In this document: positions 47,120 to 61,010 of the stretch, one piece after another
How positions within the stretch are numbered: position 1 is the first letter of the stretch
Layout: every line of letters starts with the position of its first letter
Assembly: GCF_963921235.1 (NCBI RefSeq)
Contig: NC_086097.1
Location: forward strand, 94,614,001-94,678,000
Reading direction: 5' to 3'
Source of the DNA: Mobula hypostoma
Lineage: Eukaryota
Length of the DNA stretch: 64,000 nucleotides
Made by a program: the position numbers and the translations under genes
Notes under the pieces: generated by a model
The model's database searches: none
What the model saw: the letters and a program-made list of their open reading frames with translations, nothing else
Told to the model about the DNA's origin: nothing

Positions 47120-47787
47120 CTGTATAATTTTCCCTTACATACGACCTCTCAATCTGCAACACATCACACTAAACTCCATCTGCCGCTTCTCTGTCCATAT
47201 CTTTAACCAATCTGCATGTATCTTGCTGTATGTATCATATGATGGCCTTTTTCACTTGTCTGCAACCTCACCGATTTATGTTCCGTACACAAACTGTAAA
47301 TTTACTAAGCTTACTGTCACAAACAGCAGGGGTTGCAACACAGATCCCTGTAGAATACAACCAGTCACAGACCTCCAGCAAGAGTAACAACTTTCCACCA
47401 TTACCCTTTATTTTCGATGGCAAAACCACTTCTGAATTCAATCTACCCAAACACCATGGACACAGGAATTTTATCTTCCCAGTCAACCTATCATGAGAGA
47501 CTTTGTCAGATGCCTTCTGAAAGTCAATACAGATAACATCTACTACCCTTCATTCATCAGTCACCTGCTTCAAAAACAGCTACTTCTCTTCAACCATTGA
47601 ACCAATTTTTGAACCAACCATCTAAACCCTAATCACTACAGTTTAGCCAGACTATGGAAACTTGATCACTTTGCACTAAAATGAACTCCTTGTTTGTTTT
47701 CCATTATGTTCTTTCTTTTAAAAAATTGTGTATAGTTTACACTTATTTTATGTTTTGTTGTGAATGCTGTTTACATGGTGTGACTGA

Positions 47788-48655
47788 AGTTACTGTCAGA
47801 TTGTTGTGAATGGTGTTGATATGATGTGATTGTGATGTTACTGTCAGATTGTTGTGAATGGTGTTTATGTGATGTGACTGTGATGTTATGTCAGATTGTT
47901 GTGAATGGTGTTTATGTGATGTGACTGTGATGTTATGTCAGATTGTTGTGAATGGTGTTTATGTGATGTGACTGTGATGTTATGTCAGATTGTTGTGAAT
48001 GGTGTTTATGTGATGTGACTGTGACGTTATGTCAGATTGTTGTGAATGGTGTTTATGTGATGTGACTGTGATGTTATGTCAGATTGTTGTGAATGGTGTT
48101 TATGTGATGTGACTGTGACGTTACTGTCAGATTGTTGTGAATGGTGTTTATGTGATGTGACTGTGATGTTATGTCAGATTGTTGTGAATGGTGTTTATAA
48201 GATGTGACTGTGACGTTATGTCAGATTGTTGTGAATGGTGTTTATGTGATGTGACTGTGACGTTACTGTCAGATTGTTGTGAATGGTGTTTATGTGATGT
48301 GACTGTGATGTTACTGTCAGATTGTTGTGAATGGTGTTTATGTGATGTGACTGTGATGTTACTGTCAGATTGTTGTGAATGGTGTTTATGTGATGTGACT
48401 GTGATGTTACTGTCAGATTGTTGTGAATGGTGTTTATGTGATGTGACTGTGACGTTACTGTCAGATTGTTGTGAATGGTGTTTATGTGATGTGACTGTGA
48501 CGTTACTGTCAGATTGTTGTGAATGGTGTTTATGTGATGTGACTGTGATGTTACTGACAGATTGTTGTGAATGGTGTTTATGTGATGTGACTGTGACGTT
48601 ATGTCAGGTTGTTGTGAATGGTGTTTATGTGATATGATGTGACTGATATTACTGT
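47788..48655. repeat. 47/48-bp GT-rich minisatellite, about 18 copies
   Basis: Unit GTTA(C)TGTCAGATTGTTGTGAATGGTGTTTATGTGATGTGACTGTGA(T/C); explains ORFs 48188-48637 and 48216-48773. Confidence 0.97.
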
Positions 48656-49309
48656 AAGACAGGGTCTGTCTAAAGTTTGTAATTATATCTGATGCAACCA
48701 ACTCCCGAACCCAATATGTTGACTTATTTTCCTGTTTCCAGCTGCAGCTTGACTGCCCAAGTTCTTCCAGCATTTCTGTTTTTGGTTCACATTCCAGTAG
48801 CCACAGTTTGATTTGTTTTTCTCAGTGGGCAGGACTCTGGATTGTCAGCTTGGATTGCATTCTAAAGCCACGAGAATGAGACTCAATCCCACAGCCCACT
48901 GATTCATTGACAGGAGTTAGACTGACGTACTGAAGCCAGTGCACGCTGTGCATCAAAGCCACGACCTTACAACGGCAGAGCTGGTCAATGCTCAGTCTGT
49001 GAGTTGGTAAAGAGCCAGCTTCCTTCAGTTGCCACGATGCTATGGTGTGTCTATATTTACCTCGTGGGTGCATCGACCTTAATGGTTTCGGTATGACATC
49101 ACCCACTTACAAAAATAATTACAGTTCAAAGTCTGAAACTTTTTTCATTGGCTGCACTCTGTCACCTGAGGTAGATAATCCAATTCTCAACTATCATAGA
49201 ATGAAGCTCACAGAGACTTTCAGAAGGAAGGTTAAAGTGAAACCTCAGTTGTCCTCTCAGGTAGATGCAATCGATGGCACAGAGCTAATTTAAAGAAAAA
49301 TAAGGAATC

Positions 49310-49880
49310 ACGAGTTTAAAAAAGTCAAGTTTATTGTCAGTACCACACACAAAAGTGCTGGAGGAACTCTGCATATCAGTTGGAAATGAATAAGCAGTCG
49401 ACGGTTCAGGCTGAGACCCTGCTCTATTGTCTTCTGCACTGGTATGTATACATAGGCACAAAGAAAATCTTACTTACAGCAACGTCGTAACATTGCAACA
49501 AATACATATCAGGTACAGATAGCAAGTACATAGAACATAGTATTCTTACGCAAGTACATAGCATTGTATAAGTAGTATTCACAAGAAAATATAAATTAAA
49601 CATCAATTTTACACAATTTTTACGAGAGAACACGATTAAAGTAACAAAAAAAATGAAGTCCAATTTAGTTCAAAATAAGCATAGTGTTGCTATATTGAGG
49701 TCATGTTTAGGTTGTGCCGGTTGGTTCAAACACCAGATGCTTCCAGGGCGGTATCTGTCCTGAACCTGGTGGTGTGGAACTTCAGACTTCTGTACCTCCT
49801 GCCTGATGGTGGCTGTGAGAAGATGGCCTGGCCCGATGGTGGGGATCTCGGATGGTGGATGTTGCCTTCTTGGGGCAGTG
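49310..49880 (-). mobile_element. Rex1-type 3' relic with a small Penelope pseudo-LTR piece (about 49345-49420)
   Basis: FSQPPSGRRYRSLKFHTTRFR (ORF 49726-50181). Confidence 0.7.
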
Positions 49881-50094
49881 TCCCTTCAATCCTCACTGAG
49901 CCTGGGCTGATCCAGCAGTGGGGGAGTGTGGTGTATACCAGGCCATGAGGATACAGCCTGTGAGTGGGGGTGTATAAGGTCCACAGAACCTTTTGGGTGG
50001 CCACTTTCGAGCTGCAGTGTAGCATGATTGTCGTACCACATGGCATGGAGGAGGGTATCCTCAGCATGAAGACAAGAATCTTACCACAGGACCA

Positions 50095-50502
50095 CAGATT
50101 GAGTGAACTCGGCCTTTTCCCCTTGGAGCGACAGAGGATGAGAGGTGACCTGACAGAGGTGTACAAGATAATGAGAGGCATTGATCGTGTGGATAGTCAG
50201 AGGCTTTTTCCCAGGGCTGAAATCGCTGCCACAAGAGGACACAGGTTCAGGCTTGGGAGTAGGTACAGAGGAGATGTCAGGGGTAAGTTTTTTTATGCAG
50301 AATGGTGAGTGCTTGGAATGGGCTGCCGGCAATGGTGGTGGAGGCGGAAACAGTAGGTCATTTTGATAGGTACATGGAGCTTAGAAAAATAGAGGGCTAT
50401 GGGTAACCCTAGTAATTTCTAAGATAGGGACATGTTCGGCACAACTTTGTGGGCCAAAGGGCCTGTATTGTGCTGTAGGTTTTCTATGTTTCTATGTTTC
50501 TA
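50095..50502 (+). mobile_element. CR1 3' fragment
   Basis: RLSELGLFPLERQRMRGDL; (TTTCTATG)n tail. Confidence 0.9.
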
Positions 50503-51559
50503 GATCCATCACTCATGTACCACGCAGGTGCATCTGCTGGACGTGCCTGATCAAGCTTCAGGTTAATTTCTCCTGTTTTCCTGCTCACCTGGCAAGTCAG
50601 GCAATTGTGTCCTTCAGGATGCATCACCATGGTAATACAAATTAACCTCCCTTCATGATAGCATTGAACAGCCCACCCAAATTACACCCTGTGTCCTTGC
50701 CACTCTTGGGGCCTTAACCCTGCAAGAGCACTAATCCATCAGCTGAAGGAGGACCATGAGTGGTCATTGGGAGAAGATCATTGAGAGTGGTCATCGGAAG
50801 ATCATGATTGCCATGAAAGTTCACGGGATCCATAGTCATCTGCTTGGGCTCCAAGGGCCAATTCCTCTCACCCGTTTATCACAGCGTAATGGCAGAAAAA
50901 GTCTGGGGCTTTGGCTGAAAGTTTAAGGTGACTGCAATGGACCGGACCTCACTTTAAGCTGGAGCTGCCTTCCCAGTCTTCGAACCAGCTCAAGAAGTTA
51001 GTGAGGACTTTACAAGGGTGAATGAGATGACCTGCAGTGATTTTTACTGCAATATCATTTGGGACTTTCTGACTGCAGATACAGGTGCATTTCAGTTGGT
51101 GATAAAATGTGGAAAAATTCCATTGCCCGATGCAGCATCAGAGTTTGTATAAAATCCATTTACAGCTACAGAGTCCTTGTGTGTTAACAATGATCGAAGG
51201 ACATAGTTCCAGACATTCTGATTTGGAAAATAATTAAAAGAGCAATGTTTATTTTCTGAATGTTGGGTCTGGGGAGAATCCTCTAGAATTTTCTTCAACA
51301 TCTCTCACCTTATCTGTTACATAAACAGGAACTCTGTACGGTTACACACTGAGCGACCGTCACCCCAAAGAACAAACATGAAGTGCTTGCACAGATAACT
51401 CAAGCACATTGTAATCACAATACCATCAATTTCCAAGATAGCAAAAACATTTTAAATATAATGACAATAAGTCTCCAATGTTTCTAATGGGTCCTATAGC
51501 TCCTCTTCTTCTATTACCACTCCCCACCAATCCCAGGTCACTCAGGGTCCCCTTTACCC

Positions 51560-53800
51560 CTCATCCCCCCTTCATTCCTCTGTGATCCCATCTTCCTTTC
51601 ACCCCAGTTTCATTGAACCCTCCCCCTCCTCTGATCCCTCCACTTCTCCGTGTTCTCCAGCCACAGTTCCAGGCCTTGGTATATGTCCTCGCCGTATGCC
51701 CCAACCTTCCCCTCTCTGAGACAGAATGTTCTGCCTCAGCAAGGGCTTTACCCTTCTCCCCCTGCGCCTGCACCTCAGACAGTTCCAGCCCGCCATGATG
51801 CTGAGCTCTTCTCTTTGCAAGGATTCTCCACCGACCACCGATGACCCCTTCTCCCACCTTCAACCCTCCTCTTCTTGGACGTCCTACTCTAGATCTTTTC
51901 ATCTTTTACTGCTGATGACCCATCGACTTCAGCACTCCTCTCTCCTGTTCAAACCTCACGCCCTCTGAATGCACTGCCCTCAACTCTCTCCATACTAATC
52001 CAACCTCACCATCAATCCTGCTGATAAAGGGGGTGCTGATGCAGTCTGGCGGACTGAGGCCAAGCGGCAATCCTCAGATACCTCCTCTTAATTACCCCTT
52101 GATAAGATCCACTAAGAAACATCAGGTTAATGTCACCCACACCATCATCAGCATCATCGCCACTGGAGATCTCCCATCCACTGCCACCAATCTCATAATT
52201 CTTGTATCCTGCACAACTCATTTGTACCTCTTACCCTAGACTAACAAATCTGACTGCCCCAGTAGGCCCATTGTCTCTGCCTAACCCTGCCTGACTCCAC
52301 ATAACTCCTTCCCACCTACATCCACGACACTTCACGTGATCTTGATCTCCTCAACAACTTCTGATTTCCTGGCTCTGATTGCCTCATTTTCACCATGGAT
52401 GTCTAGTCACTATACACTTCTATTCCCCCATCAAGAAGGCCTTTAAGCTCTCTGCTTCTTTCTGGAGAACAGACCTAACCAGTTTCCCCGGCACCCCCCC
52501 TCCCTCCACCACCACCACCACCACCACCACCCTCCTCCATTGAACAGAACTGGTTCTCACCCTCAACAATTTCTCTTTTGGCTCTTCCCACTTTCTTGAA
52601 ACCAAAGGTGGCAGCTATGCCTGCCTTTTTGGAGACTATGTGGAACAGTCCACGTTCCAAGCCTATAATGGCCATGCTCCCCAATTCTTTCTGCATTACG
52701 TTGACAACTGCTTTGGGCCTTGCTACCTGCATCCATGCTGAGCTTATTCATTTCATCAACTTTGCCTCCAACTTCCACCCTACCCTCAGATTTGCTTGGT
52801 CCATCTCTGACACCTCTCTCCACTTTCTTGATCTCTCTGTGTCCATGTCTGGAGACAGACTATCCACTGACATCAGTTATAAGCCTACTGGCTCTCACAG
52901 CTATTTTGGTTATTACTCTTCCCACCACCCTGTCACTTGTAAAAATGTTATTCTCCTTTTTAATTCCTCTGTCTCCACTGGAGGATGAGGCTTCCATTCT
53001 AGAACATCTGTGATGCCTTCCTTCTTCAAAGAGTGGAGTTTCTCCTCAACCACCATTGATGTTGTCTCATCTGCATCTCCTCCATTTCCTGTACGTCTGC
53101 CTTCACTCTTTCCTCCCACTGCAATAACAAGGATAGAGTTGCCTTCGTCCTTACCTGCCAACTATGAGCCTTCATATCCAGCACACTATTCTCTATAATT
53201 CCCACTAGGCACATCTTTCCTGCTCCCCCTCTCCAAAGTCCCCTTTCTATAGAAATCGTTCTCTGTCCTCTCATCCCTCACCACTGATCTCCCTCCTGGC
53301 ACTTATCCTTGCAAGCTAGACAAGTGCTACGCCTGCCTCTACACCTCCTCCCTCACTACCATTCAGGGCCCCAAACAAGTAAAGCAACACTCCTCCTGCA
53401 AGCCTCTCATCCACTGTCCCCGGTGCTCTCAGTGCGGCCCCCTCTGCATCGCTTAGACACAAGGTAAACTGGGGCACTGCTTCACTGAGCACCTTCACTC
53501 CATCCGCCGGAAAAGGCACCATTTCCCAGTGGCCACCCATTTCAATTCGACTTCCCATTCCCACCGCTACATCTCGGTCCATGGCCTCCTCTGAGGTCAC
53601 ACTCAGGTTGGAAGAACTGCAGCTCATATTCTTTCTGGGTAGCCTCCAACCTGATGGCATGAATACTGATTTCTCTAACTTCCGGTAATTTCTTCTGCCT
53701 TCCCCTTTCTCTCTTTTTTCTCCATTCCCCTCTCTCTCCTCACCTGCCTATCACCTCCCTCTGGTGCCCCTCTTCCTTCCCTTTTCCCACACATTCACCA
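51560..53800 (+). mobile_element. Decayed Penelope-like element (RT + GIY-YIG), same group as the copy at 61543-64000
   Basis: Collinear remnants: PADKGG (about 52020), FTMDV*SLYTSIPHQEGL (about 52390), FINFASNFHP...FLDLSV...YKPT (ORF 52578-52988), LGSLQPDGMNTDFSNFR* (about 53635-53688). Confidence 0.9.
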
Positions 53801-56800
53801 CCCTCTGGCTAAAGAAATTCCTCTTCATCTCTGTTTTGAATGGACTGTGGGCATGCAGCCACTCTCCCCCCTCCCCCCCACCCCGCTAACTTTGCTGCTG
53901 TTGCTGGTGGCGTGGGGGCAAGCTGTAGTGAGACCTTCATAACAGGGTCTCCAGCCCCACCCACAGACCACATGCCCCCCCCCCGAATCTCCTTCGCCGA
54001 TCTCACACTGTCAGAGGCCTTCCTTCCTGATTGTGAATCTTTCTGATGTACGGACGCAGCTGAAATAACAACAAAAATAAATTTATTAATAATCTGAAAA
54101 TAATGAAAACCACATTCCACTTATCTCAACGAGAAACATTCATCTAGCATTAAAATAGAGCTCGTAAAACCAACCCGTTTATTTTTAGTGAATGTTGGGT
54201 GACCCTATTCAAAAGGATAGGGTCATACTGCATCTGTCTTCCCTGCTGAGTACAGAGCTGAGGGCCCCATGGATATATCCAGTACCTCAGCTCAGTACCA
54301 GAGCCTGGGCTCAGCGCTGAGAGCAAACATCAGCCAGCACAACACAGAGTCACTGGCTCACCGCGCCCGTGATGATCATGACGCCAGTCTAACCCCAGCT
54401 CCCCGCGCAAGGTCCGTATCCCCCATTCCCAAGGGACAAGGGACTGCAGACGCTGGAAATGGGAGCCACACACAAAAGACTGGGGGATCTCAACAGGTCA
54501 GGCAGCGTCTGTAGAGGGAAACGGACAGCTGACACTTTTGGCTGAGGCCCCCTTTCCCTGACTGTTCCTATTATTGTATTAGCTTCCACCATTTCCCCTG
54601 GCAGCATATTCCAGGCCCCTAGCTGTGCAAAAAAGCTCCATTTGAACTTTGACCCCTTCACCTTCAACCTACGGCCTCTGGTACTTGATATTTCCACACT
54701 GGGGAAAGACTATGACTACCTATCCTAGCTCTACGTTTCATAATTTAACGTGCTTCTGTTCCGTGCTTCCTGGCTGGGATGCACTGCGGTCCGATGTGCT
54801 CGCTGCGTTGAACTATCTGCTCACTCTCAGGCCAGTATAAAGCTCCAGGGACGCTGATGTATAGTCATATAGAAAGAAGGGCAGACCCAGTGGTATCAGA
54901 GCTGCAAGGAGAGTTCGTGCCGCTGTGTAGGGAGAAGGGTCACGAGCAGCACTGCTGTGCCAGAACACGACTACAACCCTGGCTCTCCACCAGCAGCAGC
55001 ATTGAGTCATCAGGGCTCCATGCGGACAGACGGCCTGTGAGGTCTGGGTTCGAGACGCCTCAGATGAGTGATGTGTCTGCCCAGGGCTGTGCCCTGACCG
55101 GGTCAGTGAGTGCAGCCATTATGGGGAACAGGCACCACATAAAACCGTGAAGGGATCAGACAGGGTAGATCAAAACTGTCTCCACTGGTGTCAGCACAGA
55201 GAGCAGGGCTGCTGACTCACTGCTCCAGTCAGCCATGTTCAGGGCTGACCGCCAACCTCTGAGTTTGCAGTTTGCTCTTGTGATCCTGTTCCGACTTCCC
55301 TCAATATCCCAAGGACGTGCCGGTTGGTGGGATGGTTGGCCACTGCTGATTTCTCTGGGTGTCTTGGTGAGAGGTAGAAACTGGGCTGCTGATTAGAATA
55401 TGGGGAGAATAGATTTCAGAGAAAATGAGTGAGGTACAGGACTTCTCTGAGAGACTTGATGGGCTGAGTGGCATCCTCCTATGTAGTAATGACGTATGCC
55501 GTACCAGAGGAAATGAAATGGACAAAAGTGACACTGGGGGTGGGCCAGATCAGGACTGAGTTGGCAGGAGTGGGCACTGGAGACAAATCCACTCACAGTT
55601 TCAATAGGGAATAAATATTTAAGAGGGGAAAAAAAACATTGTAGGGCTGTGGTGAGAGGGTCAGGAAGTGAGAAACTTCAGGAGCAGCTCTGAGCTGACC
55701 AGTCAGGAGACTGTATGGTGCTAAAGGTGATTACATGGGAGCTGACGAAAACCAAAACGACTGACGCCAGCAGCGCACAAAGTGCTGGAGGAGCTCAGCA
55801 GGCCAGGCAGCATCTGTGAAAGGAAACGGACAAGATCAAGGCCGTTCATCTGGACTGCCATAAGCATTACTGGTTAGCATTGGGGCATTCTGTGGACCAG
55901 GCTGTCTTTGATTCAAAGTATTGAATTCAGGAACATTTTCAGGGAGCTCCAGTGATCCCGACGCCGCGTGCTGTCTGGGTGCCGTGTGCGTTCTCCCTGC
56001 GATTGCACAAGTTTCATCCGGGGGCTCCAGTCTCCTCCAATGTCTCAAAGACATGTGGGTTGCTCGGATATCCAGCCCTGGTGAGTGATAGAATCAGAGG
56101 GGTGTGATGGGAATGTGGAGAGGGTAGCAAAAGGTATCGATGCAGGATTACAGGTCATCCGAGCATAAAGAACAAGGATCACTTCTGCAGTCATCTATAA
56201 ATTGATTTTGACCTTCAGATGGAAAATACACAAATATCACAGTCACCACACCTCCGCAGGATTCCAATGCGTGGAATCACAAGCACACAAGACTGATAAG
56301 AGAGAACTATTATTAACAATGGAGGGAGGAAAGAAGCTAGTTCTGCTGTTCTAGGGATGAATGTATGCACTTGTGCTGGAATTTTGAATGTAATAATACT
56401 ACAGGAGCTCAATGCTATGTAAATCTGGAATGACCTGTGGTGTTAAGTGGTTGGTTGATGGTTAGCACGGCCTCAATGGGCAGAAGGGCCAGTTTCTGTG
56501 CTGTATCTCCTAATGATTTTAGCGTCTCTTGTCCCACCAACCCATCATCTCCAGGAGTGTCTTAAACACTCAATCCATGCACTGGATCACAGCTTCCAGG
56601 AAATTCCTGGTCTCTGTGCTCTAGTCAGACCTTAAGTATAAATGGGTGCTGGATGCCAGTGTGACCTCGATGGTTCAAAGGCCCTGCTTCACCCCTGGAC
56701 TCTACACCACATGTAGGTAAATTGATACATTGGTTGATTATTGTCCCATGTCCTGAGATCCAGAGAAAAGCTTAGTTTTGCATGGCACCCATGCAGTCAT

Positions 56801-57994
56801 TTCTTCACGTCAGTGCGGTGAGGTGGTACAGGAGGAAAGTCAATAACAGAATGCAGAATAGCGTGTTACAGTTTACAGAGAGAGTGCAGTGCAGGCAGAC
56901 AATAAGGTACAAGGTCATAATGAGATAGATTGTGAGGTCAAGAGCATCTTATTGCACCAGGGATGCAGGCGTTCACTGCAGGTGATGGCTGAGGAGACTT
57001 CTCTACAATTTTGGATGTAGTGGGAATGCCAGCATCCACGGAGACAGATTGTAATGGCTGTCCATTCATAGTCAGACACCTCAGTAAAACCCGGAGAAAC
57101 TGGCCAAGCAGCTGAAGGGATTGGGATACAACGTGAAGGGCAGTCCTACGGCGTGGAATGAGTGAGTGTTGGGATGGTGTGAATAGATAATTGATAGTTG
57201 ACCCAGACTTAATGGACTAAAGGTCCTTCCTCCACGTTATATCTCTTTGGCTAACTTGAAAGCCAGCTCGAGTGGTGTGGGCTGTCCGCAGAGGAGGGCA
57301 TCAAGAACTGGTCTGGTTTCCCTACTGATCGAAGTCACAACTTAATGGATTTTCAGGAACAGTGTTTGTGATCCAGCACTGGAGCCTCCCTCACTTGAAA
57401 CTATCCCAGAAGGTGCACCCAGCTGACCTGAGAAAATCTCTTATTTGCAAGCTGACTCCGAGTGAGTGTTTCACTGACAGCTTTAAACTGTGGCTGGGCT
57501 TTCCGGATTGTGAGGCCTTGTGCCTTCTCCAGAGACCAGGACACTGTCAGAGGCCGATTTCTCATTTGGAGCAGCGTAAATCAAACGCATCTGGGAAACC
57601 GCAGACCTTGGTCTCTTATACTTTCTGTGTCATCATCTGAGCATGTAATTAAATGCAGGCAATATATTTTGATCTCTTCTTCCTTAGGCCTCCCAGAACA
57701 AAACAGAGACGCTTTCCAGCTCGTTGTCCATTGGTGTGTGCTAGCTGTTACGGAACGCTGCATCGCTAACTGCAGGGGGACCAGGAGAGCTGCTCAGGGT
57801 TCCTCACTACATCAGGAAGGGAGTGTGAGCAGAGGAGACGACTGAAGGGGATCTCTCAGTGGGGCACTTGATTATTGTCTGCTTGGGTGGGGCAGGATGG
57901 GCACCCTGAGAGCTGAGGTGTTGGCGTTGGGTGCAAGCTCACTCCAGAAGCCAGAGGACAGAATCCAGGTGGGTGACTCCGAGCCACTGAGCCA

Positions 57995-58320
57995 AACAGC
58001 ACAGAAATAGTCCCTTCAGCCCAATAACTTTATGCCAACACACTTACACTAATTCAGTTTTATTCTCCCCACTTTCCCCTTAACTCCCCCCTCAGATCCC
58101 ACCACTCACACACACACACCAGGAGCAACTTACAGTGGCCAGTTAATACACCAACCTGCACGCCTTTGGGATGTGGGCAGAAACCGGGCAGCCGGGAGAA
58201 ATCCGTGTGGTCGTAGGGAGAACGTACCAACCGCAGACAGACAGCGCTGGGGGGCAGGATCGAAGCCAGTCTCTGGCACTCTGGGGCAATGGCTCTACTG
58301 GCTGCTCCACTGTGCTACTC
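57995..58320 (-). mobile_element. HE1/V-SINE-like SINE
   Basis: Minus strand GGCTTCGATCC (B box), TGTCTGTCTGCGGTTGGTACGTTCTCCC (V-like), CR1-like tail. Confidence 0.75.
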
Positions 58321-59462
58321 CAACACCGAGCTGAGGGTGAAGGGGTTGCAACCCTTCGGATAAAGCATCAAACCGTGGCCACCGACAGAATGCCACAACA
58401 TCCTCCAGCGAGTCTGGCACAGGTTTGCCCTTTATTAATCCATCAGTGCAAAATGCTGGAAGTTTGTAATATTAGGGATCAGCCATCTATGCTTCATACA
58501 GCTTAGCTTCCACTGTTTCCTACAGGGCACTCTGAACCTGGTGAAACGGCCTGGTATGGGAACTCCAATGCTAGGCCTTTACATTGGTTTGCATTGGACT
58601 ACAGAGAGTTTTGGACACAGCCAGTTCCATCATGGCTGCAGCTCTTCCCACCACCATAAGAGCTGATCTGTCAGGAAGGTGACATCCACCATCAGGGTTC
58701 CCCATCCAGAATGATGACCCAGGCAGGACCCACACCTCAAGGTTGTGAGGCAGTCGCTGTACCAGCTACGCCACACTCACTGGGGTTTTATTCCATGACC
58801 CGGTGACTCAGACCAGGGAACCAAGCCTGATATCTTGGGAGGTGAAATGTGATCCTCGTTCACTTAATCAGAGGAACAATGAATTAGGAAGAACATGGGT
58901 CATTGTTCGTGTTCAGCCAGCTTAACAGAAAGCCAATGGTGGGAGAGTGACTCATTGAAAATCCCCAGCTCTTAGAATCAATCACCAGCTCCTATGAACA
59001 ATTAATTAGCCACTGCTTAAACACGTACCTTTAGTTGGTGACACTAAATCCCGGGGATTAGATGGTCCTCGAAAACTCTAATGCAAGAGGTGACGCATCA
59101 GTGTTCATATCATAAATTGTTTGCTGAACTGATTCACAGAGGCTTTATTTGAGCAATTTGTTTGGCTCTAGCCAGAGTCTTCCTGTTGCCTGATTGAACA
59201 TAAAGATAAGAGGGTCTTTACAATTTGTTGCCTTTGATGTTTTAATTGTCCTCTGCCCTTTCACAGACTCCAGCACTTTATTTCATAGTCTCAAGCTTCA
59301 AAATTGAAGTTTTGTTCAGTACATATGTCCCATGACATCACGTGACCCGGCTCCCTCAAGTGAGCTTTCAGTGGCTTCTTTCAGTTTCCCATCTTGCAAA
59401 CAGCACAATGGCCTGTTTCCACCAACATCTCACCTTCTGATCTGGCTGAGTGTTTCTGGCTG

Positions 59463-60276
59463 GCCGATTCACAGCCAACCCCAGTGACCAGATCTTCAGG
59501 CTGATTCACAGCCAACCCCAGTGACCAGATCTTCAGGCTGATTCACAGCCAACTCCAGTGACCAGATCTTCAGGCTGATTCACAGCCAACCCCAGTGACC
59601 AGATCTTCAGGCTGATTCACAGCCAACCCCAGTGACCAGATCTTCAGGCCGATTCACAGCCAACCCCAGTGACCAGATCTTCAGGCCGATTCACAGCCAA
59701 CCCCAGTGACCAGATCTTCAGGCCGATTCACAGCCAACCCCAGTGACCAGATCTTCAGGCCGATTCACAGCCAACCCCAGTGACCAGATCTTCAGGCCGA
59801 TTCACAGCCAACCCCAGTGACCAGATCTTCAGGCCGATTCACAGCCAACCCCAGTGACCAGATCTTCAGGCCGATTCACAGCCAACCCCAGTGACCAGAT
59901 CTTCAGGCCGATTCACAGCCAACCCCAGTGACCAGATCTTCAGGCCGATTCACAGCCAACCCCAGTGACCAGATCTTCAGGCCGATTCACAGCCAACCCC
60001 AGTGACCAGATCTTCAGGCCGATTCACAGCCAACCCCAGTGACCAGATCTTCAGGCCGATTCACAGCCAACCCCAGTGACCAGATCTTCAGGCCGATTCA
60101 CAGCCAACCCCAGTGACCAGATCTTCAGGCCGATTCACAGCCAACCCCAGTGACCAGATCTTCAGGCCGATTCACAGCCAACCCCAGTGACCAGATCTTC
60201 AGGCCGATTCACAGCCAACCCTAGTGACCAGATCTTCAGGCCGATTCACAGCCAACCCCAGTGACCAGATCTTCAG
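59463..60276. repeat. 37-bp minisatellite, exactly 22 copies, nearly invariant
   Basis: Unit GC(C/T)GATTCACAGCCAACCCCAGTGACCAGATCTTCAG; 814 bp = 22 x 37; no spacers. Confidence 0.97.
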
Positions 60277-60389
60277 TCAATGGGCTCCACACTGAGCTAG
60301 GGTTAGACTACTCCCTCTATGGTTTGGTTCATGTGTTTAACTTATGTTAATTTCAGTTCAAGTTAGCTTGTGTTTGTCTTTGTCTTGTA

Positions 60390-61010
60390 ATGTTCATAGA
60401 ACAGTACAACACAAGAACAGGCCCTAGAGCCCTTGTTGTTGTGTTAAACTAGTCAAACTAATCCCATATGACTACACAGAAACCATCTTCCTCCATTCTC
60501 TGCACACTTATATGCCTACCTCAGAGCTTCTTAAAGCCTCCACCACCACCATTGGCTGTACATTCCAGCTATCCACCACTCTCTCTGTAAAAGGTCTTGA
60601 CCTGCCTCTCTCCTTTGAACATATTGCTCTCACCTTAAATACATGCCCTCCAGTACTAGACATCTTGATAATGGGATAGTGATACCGTCTGTCTACTTTT
60701 TCTGCTCTCTCTACTCTTTCTATGCCTCTCGTAATCTTATAGATTTCCATTAGGTTTCCCTCAGCCTCCACCATGCCGGAGGAGATAAACCACATTTGTC
60801 CAATATCTCCTCATAGCACATGTCCTCTAATCCAGATAGCATCCCTTTTGCACCTTCTCCAAAGCCTACTCGTCCTCCACATCCTTCCTCTAATGGCTGA
60901 CAGGAAATGATGTGGCCTGACTGGAGTTTTATAACTTCCCAACTCCTGAAGTCTTGAACTCAGTGTCTGGACTCATAAGTGAGCATGAAGCTCATTTTTA
61001 TGGCATTTAT
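60390..61010 (-). mobile_element. Old CR1 3' fragment
   Basis: ORF 60508-60795 GNLMEIYKITRGI...FTERVVDSWN. Confidence 0.8.

Noticed and set aside
48188..48773. Cys-rich or His/Asn-rich repeat proteins
   Set aside because: By-products of the 48-bp unit being a multiple of three; the frame breaks at the 47-bp units.
59463..60276. CRISPR array (37-bp repeats)
   Set aside because: Units are head-to-tail with no spacers, there are no cas genes, and the context is vertebrate.
59463..60276. Satellite-encoded hammerhead (minus strand has CTGAAGA...GAA in every unit)
   Set aside because: No stem II directly after CUGANGA, GAAU instead of GAAA, and no stem I or III pairing.
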